Positions 54,604-62,936 of a DNA stretch of 64,000 nt are shown here, in pieces. The stretch lies in the IMG/VR virus record IMGVR_UViG_3300030099_006646, positions 64,001-128,000 of that record; one strand, written 5' to 3'. This DNA is from a virus. Position 1 is the stretch's first letter. Every line of letters starts with the position of its first letter. The translations under genes and the position numbers were made by a program. Under the pieces are notes generated by a model. It made no database searches. It was not told where the DNA came from and worked only from the letters and a program-made list of their open reading frames with translations.

Positions 54604-55831
54604 AGAACATCTAAACAAGATTATCACCGAAGAAGTCCAAAGAGCTTTATCAGAGATTACTGATGATGAGCTTGATCGCCTTCTTGCTATGGGACGCGAA
54701 AAGCAAAGCCCCAAAGAGAAAATAACTCAGGTTATTGGTGACAATCCCGAAGAAGCAACCGATGCTATGTTTAACATTCTGGGTGCCGATGGGATTAAAG
54801 ATATTATGATTGCCTTGGCTCACGCTTCTGGTGACGAAGAACTATTAAACTACACCAAAACAATGAACGAGCAGGAAGGTGTTGAGAATAAAGGTGATAA
54901 ATCTTTTACTTTAAAATTGCCGAAGTTTAGAATTTCTGAAGAATGGGGAAGACCCGGCTCTGATGATAGAAAGATTATTGAAATGTTCACCTCTAAGATT
55001 AAAGGGGGCACTTTGGCAGAAAAAATAAGCTCTTTGAATAGCTTTGTAGCCGAGTGTGACGCAGCTTGCGCTTCTACAAAAGACGTAGCAGAAATTTTAG
55101 CTAATTTGGTTTTTCTAGATTCTTTAGCCACTGTGGTTTATGATTTTAACCCTATGACCGGGGGGTTTCTTTTTGAATCTCTAATGGCTGCTTTGCTTGG
55201 TGGAGATGCGAAACAAATTGACACCAAAGGAGGCATCGACCAAGATGTTACAGATATTATGGACCACAATGGTCGCCCCATGAGCCTAAAATTTTTCTTT
55301 GAAACCGGCTCTCAATACATTAAAGCCTCGTATAACAACCTTTTGGCTAGCATAGAAAGACACAAGCAGCCTATGATTTACTTGATAGGTATAAAAAACA
55401 GAGAGTTTGAAACTGGTAAAGTTTTAGCTATTGATTTTTATGAGTTTTCTGTTGGGAATGGGGAAGACATCCCAGGAGACTACAGCGCGAGTGATTTAGG
55501 ATCTGATAATGGCTTGCCGACAAGCTGGATTATTGGGGGAAAAAGAAGAGGACGTGCTCCAAAAGGGCAGGAAAACGTACCAAATGTTAGAATGAAAAAA
55601 ACCAACTATTATCTAGGGACTCTTAATTTTGGCAACAGAGATGAAATGGTTCAAATTGCTCAAAATTATGTAACACGTCTCGGGTCTGTATTGGTAGAAA
55701 TTTACCAACAAATAGACGCTTTGTCTAATAACGTAAACGAGTATTTCCTTGGCGCACCCGATGCTAAAGGTTCCGCATTGGCAGCGCAACAAAATGCCCT
55801 TACCTTAAAGGCAGACACCGAAGCACTATAA
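54590..55831 (+). CDS. leader-tagged protein with restriction-endonuclease-like core
   Basis: MKISKEHLNKIITEEV leader; GFLFESLMAALL...VTDI...PMSLKF resembles a PD-(D/E)xK variant. Confidence 0.55.
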   Translation: MKISKEHLNKIITEEVQRALSEITDDELDRLLAMGREKQSPKEKITQVIGDNPEEATDAMFNILGADGIKDIMIALAHASGDEELLNYTKTMNEQEGVENKGDKSFTLKLPKFRISEEWGRPGSDDRKIIEMFTSKIKGGTLAEKISSLNSFVAECDAACASTKDVAEILANLVFLDSLATVVYDFNPMTGGFLFESLMAALLGGDAKQIDTKGGIDQDVTDIMDHNGRPMSLKFFFETGSQYIKASYNNLLASIERHKQPMIYLIGIKNREFETGKVLAIDFYEFSVGNGEDIPGDYSASDLGSDNGLPTSWIIGGKRRGRAPKGQENVPNVRMKKTNYYLGTLNFGNRDEMVQIAQNYVTRLGSVLVEIYQQIDALSNNVNEYFLGAPDAKGSALAAQQNALTLKADTEAL

Positions 55832-55841
55832 AAGGAATAAA

Positions 55842-56690
55842 ATGAACCTTGTAGGAAACACGCCTCTTGTAAAGTTGGGCGATAAACTTTACGCTAAGTT
55901 CGAAGCATACAACCCATCCGGCTCTATCAAAGACAGGATGGCTGCTTACATTCTCCAAAAAGCCGAAGAGAACGGCGATTTAAGAGAAGGCTATACTATT
56001 GTAGAAGCTTCATCAGGAAACACAGGTATAGCCTTTGCTATGCTCGCAGCAGCCAAAGGATACGGCTGTATTATTGTTATGCCTCGTAACATGAGTGAAG
56101 AGCGCAAGCAAATGATGCGCTCCTTCGGTGCTCGTATTATTGAAGTAGGCGACAATGCTTTTAAAGATGCGATTGAGCAGAGAGATCAACTAGTCCACAA
56201 CTTTGGAACTTATTGGTCTCCACGGCAGTTTAGCAATATTCATAACATTGAATGTCACGAGAAAACCACAGCAGCAGAAATCGCACAAGCCGTTTTGGAT
56301 ATGCCCGCCCGTCTTTCTGCCCTTGTATCAGGAGCAGGCACAGGCGGAACTATTATGGGCTGTCAGCGAAGATTGAGCAAGCTATGGAGTGATGCCCGCT
56401 TTCTGCTTACAACGCCCTTAGAGGACGCAGCAAGCCACGGCATACAAGGCATTAACGATGGCGCAGACTTTTTGGTTGATAAAACTCTTATTGATGAAGA
56501 ACTTGTTGTTTCCACACAAGAAGCAAAAGAAAGAGCTTGTCGTTTAGCAAAAGAAAATGGCTTGCTTGTAGGCATTAGTTCTGGTGCCAATGTGCTCGCA
56601 GCAGAGCGATGGATAGAAAAAAATAACCCCACCGGAGTGGTGGTAACCTTTCTTTGTGACAGAGGAGAAAGGTATTTGAGTTGTATGTAA
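55842..56690 (+). CDS. cysK: cysteine synthase (PLP-dependent OASS family)
   Basis: GNTPLV, KFEAYNPSGSIKDR, EASSGNTG, GAGTGGT, HGIQGI, GISSGAN, DRGERYLS. Confidence 0.9.
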   Translation: MNLVGNTPLVKLGDKLYAKFEAYNPSGSIKDRMAAYILQKAEENGDLREGYTIVEASSGNTGIAFAMLAAAKGYGCIIVMPRNMSEERKQMMRSFGARIIEVGDNAFKDAIEQRDQLVHNFGTYWSPRQFSNIHNIECHEKTTAAEIAQAVLDMPARLSALVSGAGTGGTIMGCQRRLSKLWSDARFLLTTPLEDAASHGIQGINDGADFLVDKTLIDEELVVSTQEAKERACRLAKENGLLVGISSGANVLAAERWIEKNNPTGVVVTFLCDRGERYLSCM

Positions 56691-56697
56691 CTATTTA
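56691..56697 (+). promoter_or_regulatory. putative late promoter element CTATTTA
   Basis: Immediately after cysK stop, before leader-tagged gene 56718. Confidence 0.6.
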
Positions 56698-56717
56698 ATA
56701 AAGACGGAGATTTAAAA

Positions 56718-57155
56718 ATGAAACTTAACGAACTACGAAACTTAATAAAAGAAGTTATCAAAGAACAGCAAGAGTCTGATTTCAGTAATCACCCAAATAG
56801 AAGCGTTGCTTCATATTTTAGAGCAATGCTTAGGCAACCACCGTCTAGGCACCAAAATCTAGCTGATTTGTACGACATCATGATTAGCGCTCCCGACAGC
56901 GCCCTAGACCGAGCAGAAGAGATGGGCTTTACTCGTGGCTTAGTTAAATTCCATCTAAGAGGATTAAAGGACGCTTCTGGCTTACCGGCTGGACAAGAGT
57001 TGTTTGCCGCAGCACAAGCAGCAGCACAAGCCCGAAGAGACGCAGAGGAAAAAGCCCGCGCAGAGCGAGAAGCAAATCCACCGCCGCCAAAAGATATGGC
57101 AGACCTAGTTTACCCAAGAGATTCTCGTGGAAAGATCATCGGTCGTGCTGATTAA
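56718..57155 (+). CDS. leader-tagged hypothetical protein
   Basis: MKLNELRNLIKEVIKE N-terminus; SD GGAG. Confidence 0.7.
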   Translation: MKLNELRNLIKEVIKEQQESDFSNHPNRSVASYFRAMLRQPPSRHQNLADLYDIMISAPDSALDRAEEMGFTRGLVKFHLRGLKDASGLPAGQELFAAAQAAAQARRDAEEKARAEREANPPPPKDMADLVYPRDSRGKIIGRAD

Positions 57156-57170
57156 AAAGGAAACCATCTC

Positions 57171-57260
57171 ATGAGCCTATTGGCAGGATTAGGAATGTTC
57201 GTTGTTATGAGCCTCTTCATCCTGCTTGTTTTGGTTGATGATGAAAAGAAAGAGAAATAA
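57171..57260 (+). CDS. 29-aa single-TM micropeptide
   Basis: MSLLAGLGMFVVMSLFILLVLVDDEKKEK; SD AAGGA. Confidence 0.5.
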   Translation: MSLLAGLGMFVVMSLFILLVLVDDEKKEK

Positions 57261-57270
57261 ATCTTTTACC

Positions 57271-57298
57271 TTGAAAACACTCTAATCACGCTTATAAT
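57271..57298 (+). promoter_or_regulatory. sigma70-like promoter
   Basis: TTGAAA-N16-TATAAT upstream of dnaE. Confidence 0.75.
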
Positions 57299-57321
57299 AT
57301 AGGCATTAAAAGGAGTATATT

Positions 57322-60300
57322 ATGAGTAGGAAGACGCCTTCCATTCCGTTCGTCAATTTGCACGGACATTCAACGTTTAGCATCAATGATGGCTTTGGGT
57401 TCCCACAAGAACACATGGACTTTGCTTACAACAACGGCTGCGATGCCTTGGCTCTTACTGACCACGGTCACGCCAATGGTATGAGTTACCAACTTCTTCA
57501 CGCAAAGAAGATGAAAGCAGAAGGCAAAGACTTCAAGCCAATCTTTGGCGTTGAAGCATACTTCCTGCCATCTATTGAAGACTGGCTTGCAGAAGTTGAA
57601 GAACTCAAAGAAGACAAGAAAGCTGCCAGAAAGCTAAAGAAGCACACTGGCACTATGGAGTCTGAAGATGAAGGCGAAACAAAAGACAGCAAACGTGTGC
57701 GTAACCGCAGACGTCATTTAATTCTTCTTGCTCAAAGTCAAAAAGGATTGAGCAACATATTTAAACTTATTTCGGAAAGTTTCACAAACGACAACTTTTA
57801 TCGCTTTCCGAGAATCGACTACAAACTATTGGAGAAATACAATGAAGGGGTTATGGCTTCGTCTGCTTGCCTTGGTGGTGTTTACGCAGGTGACTATTGG
57901 GCTAATCGTGACAGCGGCAGCGATGCTGTTTTAGATGCTATGCGCCGAACAACAACCAAGATGCAATCCATCTTTGGTGATCGTTGGTTCGGTGAGGTGC
58001 AGTGGAACAACATTCCAGAACAGCATGAACTAAACAAATACATTCTACAAATCAAAGACGAGTTTAATCTTAAAGTTATTTCCACAGCAGACAGTCATTA
58101 CCCGACTGACACTGCTTGGAAAGATAGAGAACTATACAAGCGTCTTGGTTTTCTTAATCGTCCAACAAAGCCTGAATGGCTTTCGGACCATCTACCAGAA
58201 GACATCGAAGAAATTGGTTACGAGCTTTATCCAAAGAACGGCGACCAAATGTTCGAGGCTTACAAGAAGTATTCTGCTGAATGCGGTGTAGAGTACGACG
58301 ATGAAGAAGTAAAAGAAACTATCTCTTATACTTATCACATCGCACATGAAGTTATTGAAGACTTTATGCCGGATGATTCAATCAAGCTTCCTGACTTTGT
58401 TATTCCAGATGGAATGGAAGCAGAGACGGTTCTAGAAGAATACGCTCTTCTAGCTTTAAAAGAGAAAGAACTTCACCTAGATAAAGAATACTCTGACCGA
58501 TTGAAGCATGAGCTTGAGGTAATCAACGGTCAGGGCTTTGCTAAATACTTTCTTACAATGAAGGCTATTGCTGATAAAGCAAACGAAGGTTGGCTTACAG
58601 GTCTAGGTCGAGGCTCTGCTGCTTCGTCTCTTGTGTCTTATGTCTTGGGCATTACGCAGATTGACCCTATCAAGTACAATCTAATCTTCTCGCGCTTTAT
58701 GTCTGAGAACCAAGCACAGATTGGTATGCCTGATATTGATTACGATGTAAGTGATCGTATGGCTCTTACAGAAAAACTAATTGAAGATTGGGGTGAGACA
58801 TCTGTTGTCCCTATCTCTAACTATAATACCCTGCAACTTCGCTCTCTAATCAAAGATATCTCCAAGTTTTATGAGATTCCTTTCATAGAAGTAAATAAAG
58901 TTACAGGTGCTATGATTAATGAAGCTATGCCCCACGCCAAAGCAAAGCACGGCATTAAAGCAGGCGTCTATAATCCTACCTTTGAAGAAGTAAAAGAGTT
59001 CTCTTCAAGCCTTCAGGCGTTCTTTCGTAAGTATCCTCATGTTGCTACGCACGTCGATGGTATCTACGGCTCTATTCGCGCTGTATCCCGTCACGCTGGT
59101 GGTGTTGTGATTGGTCAAGAGCTAGACAAGCACATGCCACTTATCTCTTCTGGTGGAGTGCGACAAACTCCCTGGTCAGAAGGAATGAATGTTCGTCACT
59201 TGGAGCCACTAGGCTTTATTAAGTTTGACTTGCTTGGTCTTTCTACGCTGGCTATGATGGAGAATGCTATTAAAGCAATCTTAAAGCGTCATCACAATGT
59301 AGAGAACCCAACATTCAAAGACATTAAAAAGTATTACGACAAAACTCTTCACCCAGATGTTATTGACTTTGATGACCAGAAGGTGTACAAGAATGTATTC
59401 CACAAAGGTAAGTTTGTAGGTACATTCCAGTTTACACAAGCAGGCGTCCAAAACTTCTGCAAACGAGCCAAGCCTACTTGTCTTGATGACCTTTCGGCTA
59501 TTACATCTATCTATCGTCCAGGTCCTCTCAGCGCCAAAGTAGATAGGCTATACACCAAAGCCAAGAATAACAAAGATAGTGTAAATTATCTTCACCCTCT
59601 TATCGAAGAAGAGACGAGAGAGACATTCGGCTTTGTTCTTTACCAGGAGCAGATTGCTACAATCACTCACAAGATTGGTAAAAACATTACGCTTGACGAA
59701 GGAAACATTATTCGTAAGCTCTTAACCAAGCGAGGAACAGGTAAAGAAAAACAACTTAAAAAGTTCCACGACAGGTTTATCCAAGGAGCTTTGGAAAAGA
59801 AGATTGATAAAACTACAGCACAGGAAATCTGGCAGACCCTAGAAAACTTCGCTAAGTATGGGTTCAACAAAGCTCACTCAACTTCTTATGCTGCTATTTC
59901 TTATCAGTGTGCTTGGCTCTACACTTACTATCCAGCAGAGTGGATGGCTGCTTTCTTGGACAAAGAGCCCGAGGCAAGAAAAGAAAAAGCAATCAATATT
60001 GCAAAATCTTTCGGTTTTAACATTCGAGGGCTTGATGTAAATCTTTCAGGAATTGAATGGGAGATTGACCCTGACGATGATAAAACTCTTATCCAGCCGC
60101 TTAACTCTCTTAAAGGACTAGGAGATAAAGCTATTGAGCAGATTCTCAATCATCGACCTTTTAGTTCAGTTGAAGATTTAATCTTTAACGAAGAGATTGT
60201 ATATTCTAAACTTAACAAAAAGGCTCTAAATGTTTTAGCATTGAGTGGAGCTTTGGATTGTCTTAAAGACGACAGGTTTAAAGGAATGAAACACTTCTGG

Positions 60301-60777
60301 TCTTCTGTTGTTGTTGATAGACCAAAGAATAAGAAGAAGTTAGATGAAAATATTCAAGCATATCAAGAAGAAGCTGAATTTTCGATTGATGAAAAGATTG
60401 CTAATCTTTCTGATCTTACCGGCATCTTTCCTCTTGATCTTGTTATTAATGATTCTCTACACCAGCGCTTTCGTGACCGCGCTATTCCCCCTTTAGGAGA
60501 CGAGGATAATCGCTTCTCTTATCAAGTAAACGATGGCTATATTACTTGGTGTATCCCACGAGAAGTAATTAAAAAGAAAACCAGAAATAAAAAGGATTTT
60601 TGGATAGTTAGAGTAACGGACGAAACCTGCGTTGATAGCAAGATTAAATGCTGGGGCGTAAACTCAGATAAAGACAATCTTTACTTGAATCGTCCTTATA
60701 TTGTAAAAGTAAACTTTAGCGACCAGTGGGGGTTCTCTACCAAGAGAGGCACTTCTAACTGGAAATTGATGGGATAA
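57322..60777 (+). CDS. dnaE: DNA polymerase III alpha subunit (family C)
   Basis: PHP: LHGHS, LTDHG, GVEAY, ADSHY; GRGSAASSL, MPDIDYD, SRHAGG, KFDLLGL, YGFNKAHS. Confidence 0.95.
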   Translation: MSRKTPSIPFVNLHGHSTFSINDGFGFPQEHMDFAYNNGCDALALTDHGHANGMSYQLLHAKKMKAEGKDFKPIFGVEAYFLPSIEDWLAEVEELKEDKKAARKLKKHTGTMESEDEGETKDSKRVRNRRRHLILLAQSQKGLSNIFKLISESFTNDNFYRFPRIDYKLLEKYNEGVMASSACLGGVYAGDYWANRDSGSDAVLDAMRRTTTKMQSIFGDRWFGEVQWNNIPEQHELNKYILQIKDEFNLKVISTADSHYPTDTAWKDRELYKRLGFLNRPTKPEWLSDHLPEDIEEIGYELYPKNGDQMFEAYKKYSAECGVEYDDEEVKETISYTYHIAHEVIEDFMPDDSIKLPDFVIPDGMEAETVLEEYALLALKEKELHLDKEYSDRLKHELEVINGQGFAKYFLTMKAIADKANEGWLTGLGRGSAASSLVSYVLGITQIDPIKYNLIFSRFMSENQAQIGMPDIDYDVSDRMALTEKLIEDWGETSVVPISNYNTLQLRSLIKDISKFYEIPFIEVNKVTGAMINEAMPHAKAKHGIKAGVYNPTFEEVKEFSSSLQAFFRKYPHVATHVDGIYGSIRAVSRHAGGVVIGQELDKHMPLISSGGVRQTPWSEGMNVRHLEPLGFIKFDLLGLSTLAMMENAIKAILKRHHNVENPTFKDIKKYYDKTLHPDVIDFDDQKVYKNVFHKGKFVGTFQFTQAGVQNFCKRAKPTCLDDLSAITSIYRPGPLSAKVDRLYTKAKNNKDSVNYLHPLIEEETRETFGFVLYQEQIATITHKIGKNITLDEGNIIRKLLTKRGTGKEKQLKKFHDRFIQGALEKKIDKTTAQEIWQTLENFAKYGFNKAHSTSYAAISYQCAWLYTYYPAEWMAAFLDKEPEARKEKAINIAKSFGFNIRGLDVNLSGIEWEIDPDDDKTLIQPLNSLKGLGDKAIEQILNHRPFSSVEDLIFNEEIVYSKLNKKALNVLALSGALDCLKDDRFKGMKHFWSSVVVDRPKNKKKLDENIQAYQEEAEFSIDEKIANLSDLTGIFPLDLVINDSLHQRFRDRAIPPLGDEDNRFSYQVNDGYITWCIPREVIKKKTRNKKDFWIVRVTDETCVDSKIKCWGVNSDKDNLYLNRPYIVKVNFSDQWGFSTKRGTSNWKLMG

Positions 60778-60779
60778 TA

Positions 60780-60884
60780 ATGAGCGACTTCGAGATTATA
60801 GGAATATTCTTTGGATTTTTGACAGGGCTAGTATTAGCTCCTGGTATCATCCTTAAGATTAAAGAATATTTGGACAGAAAATGA
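60780..60884 (+). CDS. 34-aa single-TM micropeptide
   Basis: MSDFEIIGIFFGFLTGLVLAPGIILKIKEYLDRK, abuts dnaE stop. Confidence 0.5.
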   Translation: MSDFEIIGIFFGFLTGLVLAPGIILKIKEYLDRK

Positions 60885-61003
60885 AATGGGAAACCAAAGA
60901 TAAACTAAGAAAAGGAGGATTTGTTCTTTTTCTTATATTGTGGGGGCTAGCGATCGGCTATTTCTTTACAAACTGTCAAGATACACCTATAATAATGTTC
61001 TAG
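60881..61003 (+). CDS. 40-aa single-TM micropeptide
   Basis: ATGA overlap; MKWETKDKLRKGGFVLFLILWGLAIGYFFTNCQDTPIIMF. Confidence 0.5.
   Translation: MKWETKDKLRKGGFVLFLILWGLAIGYFFTNCQDTPIIMF
60965..60993 (+). promoter_or_regulatory. sigma70-like promoter for MTase
   Basis: TTTACA-N17-TATAAT. Confidence 0.5.
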
Positions 61004-61010
61004 GAGAACC

Positions 61011-61805
61011 ATGAAATCACCTTTAAGATATCCAGGCGGTAAATCAAGAGGCGCTAAATACATCACAACCTTTGTTCCAAACGATGCAGAAGAGTTCTGC
61101 TCTCCTTTTATCGGAGGAGGCTCAGTAGAGTTGATGATTGCAGCCAGAGGCACAAAGGTTTATGGTTATGATATATTCCAGCCTTTGACTTGCTTCTGGA
61201 AACATCTTCTTAAGTCCCCTATGGCTCTTGCCACGCTCTCTGATACATATCGCACTCCGCTTGATGGAAACAGAGGACTCACAAGGCAAGACTTTCTGCG
61301 ATTTAAGAAAGATCTTTGTGAAGAGCCTGCGACTACTTTGACACACGCAGCAAAATTCTATGCACTCAATCGCAGTTCATTCTCAGGCGCTACACTTTCA
61401 GGCGGCTACTCAAAGCAAGCAGCCTATAAGCGCTTCACAACTAGCTCTATTGAGCGCGTAAGGAAGTTTCAAGAGCCTAACCTAGAGGTGGATTGCCTAG
61501 ACTTTAAAGAGTCCATATCTAAGCATCCTGATGCGTTCTTGTATTGTGACCCTCCCTACATGCTAGAGAAGAACAACAATCTTTATGGAAAGAATGGCGA
61601 TACCCACTCAGGCTTTGACCACGAAGGACTATTTAATCTATTGAATAAAAGAAAAGGATGGTTATTATCTTATAATAATACTCCTGAAATCAGAGAGATG
61701 TATAAGGATTACGAAATCTTTGATGCACACTGGGCTTATGGCATGAAAAATGTTTCAACAAAAACGATGGGTTCCAGTTCTGAAATACTAATTATAGGGC
61801 AATGA
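61011..61805 (+). CDS. DNA adenine methyltransferase (Dam/D12 class)
   Basis: LRYPGGKS, SPFIGGGS, LNRSSFSG, YCDPPY, LSYN. Confidence 0.92.
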   Translation: MKSPLRYPGGKSRGAKYITTFVPNDAEEFCSPFIGGGSVELMIAARGTKVYGYDIFQPLTCFWKHLLKSPMALATLSDTYRTPLDGNRGLTRQDFLRFKKDLCEEPATTLTHAAKFYALNRSSFSGATLSGGYSKQAAYKRFTTSSIERVRKFQEPNLEVDCLDFKESISKHPDAFLYCDPPYMLEKNNNLYGKNGDTHSGFDHEGLFNLLNKRKGWLLSYNNTPEIREMYKDYEIFDAHWAYGMKNVSTKTMGSSSEILIIGQ

Positions 61806-62929
61806 ACATGAACAAAGATCTTAGAAAGCTTGTAGTATCTGTAGTGAAAGAGGAAGTAGAAAACTTCAAGGTTCCTCCTGAGATGAAAAAGAGCCTAGAT
61901 GGTCCTATGCCCAGCCCGCAAGATAGTGAAGAAAGAAATCTTCAGAAAGCGATTAGGGCTATTGAAGCAGAGGGGTACGATTACGAGATTCGCGGAAAAA
62001 ACACCATTATTATTAGGGATGATGATAGAATAGAGACTCTTGAGAAAATGAAATCTATGCTCATTCCGCAAGGTTTCAGGCACAACCCAATTGGAGGTGG
62101 CAGTAGCATTGGACGCCTTGAGGTTAAAGATAAAACCCTTGGAAACGTTTATATCCTAATTAAGCCAAAATCGCGCAGAGCAGCAGCTACGGCTGGTATG
62201 GATTTCGAAGATAAGATGGCGCAACTTATAAATGACAAATATGCAACGATGGGAGTAAAAGCATCAACAGCCGGGTTTGGACCCGGATCAGACCTCACTA
62301 TAAAGACTCCCACAAAAACGATTACCGCAGAACTTAAGACAGCTTTGTCTGCCGATTTCGGTCAGTTTAGAGCACAATATAATCAAGAATCTGAATCATG
62401 GGAGCCTAGAAGAACATCTGGATTTGTGAAGAATGAGAGTATATTTACTCCTTTGTTTGAGCAGTATTTGAGAAATTGGCTTAATGTAAACGCAACGTTC
62501 CGCAATCCCGCAGACTCTAGACTAAGAAAAGACGGGCTTAAAATAACAGGTCTTGCCCGTTCAGAGGGCACTGGCGAACTAAAAAGACAACTTCAGAACG
62601 ATTGGTTTAGTGGCAAGACAGATTACAAAGTCCCTTTTCCATTCCAAATGATTGCCTCTTATTATGCTGATAAAGGCGATGAGTATATACAAATCAACGG
62701 TCGAGGATTGTACGCGCTTACACCCGAAGCTTCAAAAAAGCTAGGTGTTCCTATGTTTAAGGATCTTGGCTTGATATCTTACCTAAGATTTAGATTTAAA
62801 CCAAGCCAGGGAGTTAATAGCGCTACTTCTTTTACTGTAGCGGTAAAACTTAAAGGAAGGTATAAAGATTCTAATTTAAGCCTAACAAACGCTGAAGATT
62901 TGGATATAATAATAAACAAACTTCTATAG
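61802..62929 (+). CDS. PD-(D/E)xK nuclease-like protein with helical VKEE leader
   Basis: AGMDFEDK...GSDLTI...TAELKT..ADFGQ; ATGA overlap with MTase. Confidence 0.6.
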   Translation: MNMNKDLRKLVVSVVKEEVENFKVPPEMKKSLDGPMPSPQDSEERNLQKAIRAIEAEGYDYEIRGKNTIIIRDDDRIETLEKMKSMLIPQGFRHNPIGGGSSIGRLEVKDKTLGNVYILIKPKSRRAAATAGMDFEDKMAQLINDKYATMGVKASTAGFGPGSDLTIKTPTKTITAELKTALSADFGQFRAQYNQESESWEPRRTSGFVKNESIFTPLFEQYLRNWLNVNATFRNPADSRLRKDGLKITGLARSEGTGELKRQLQNDWFSGKTDYKVPFPFQMIASYYADKGDEYIQINGRGLYALTPEASKKLGVPMFKDLGLISYLRFRFKPSQGVNSATSFTVAVKLKGRYKDSNLSLTNAEDLDIIINKLL

Positions 62930-62936
62930 GTGGTAT

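Noticed and set aside
7243-60777. Inteins or introns in TerL, RecA, helicase, RNR and DnaE
   Set aside because: Lengths are normal, with no C..HN/C splice motifs, LAGLIDADG blocks or frame breaks seen
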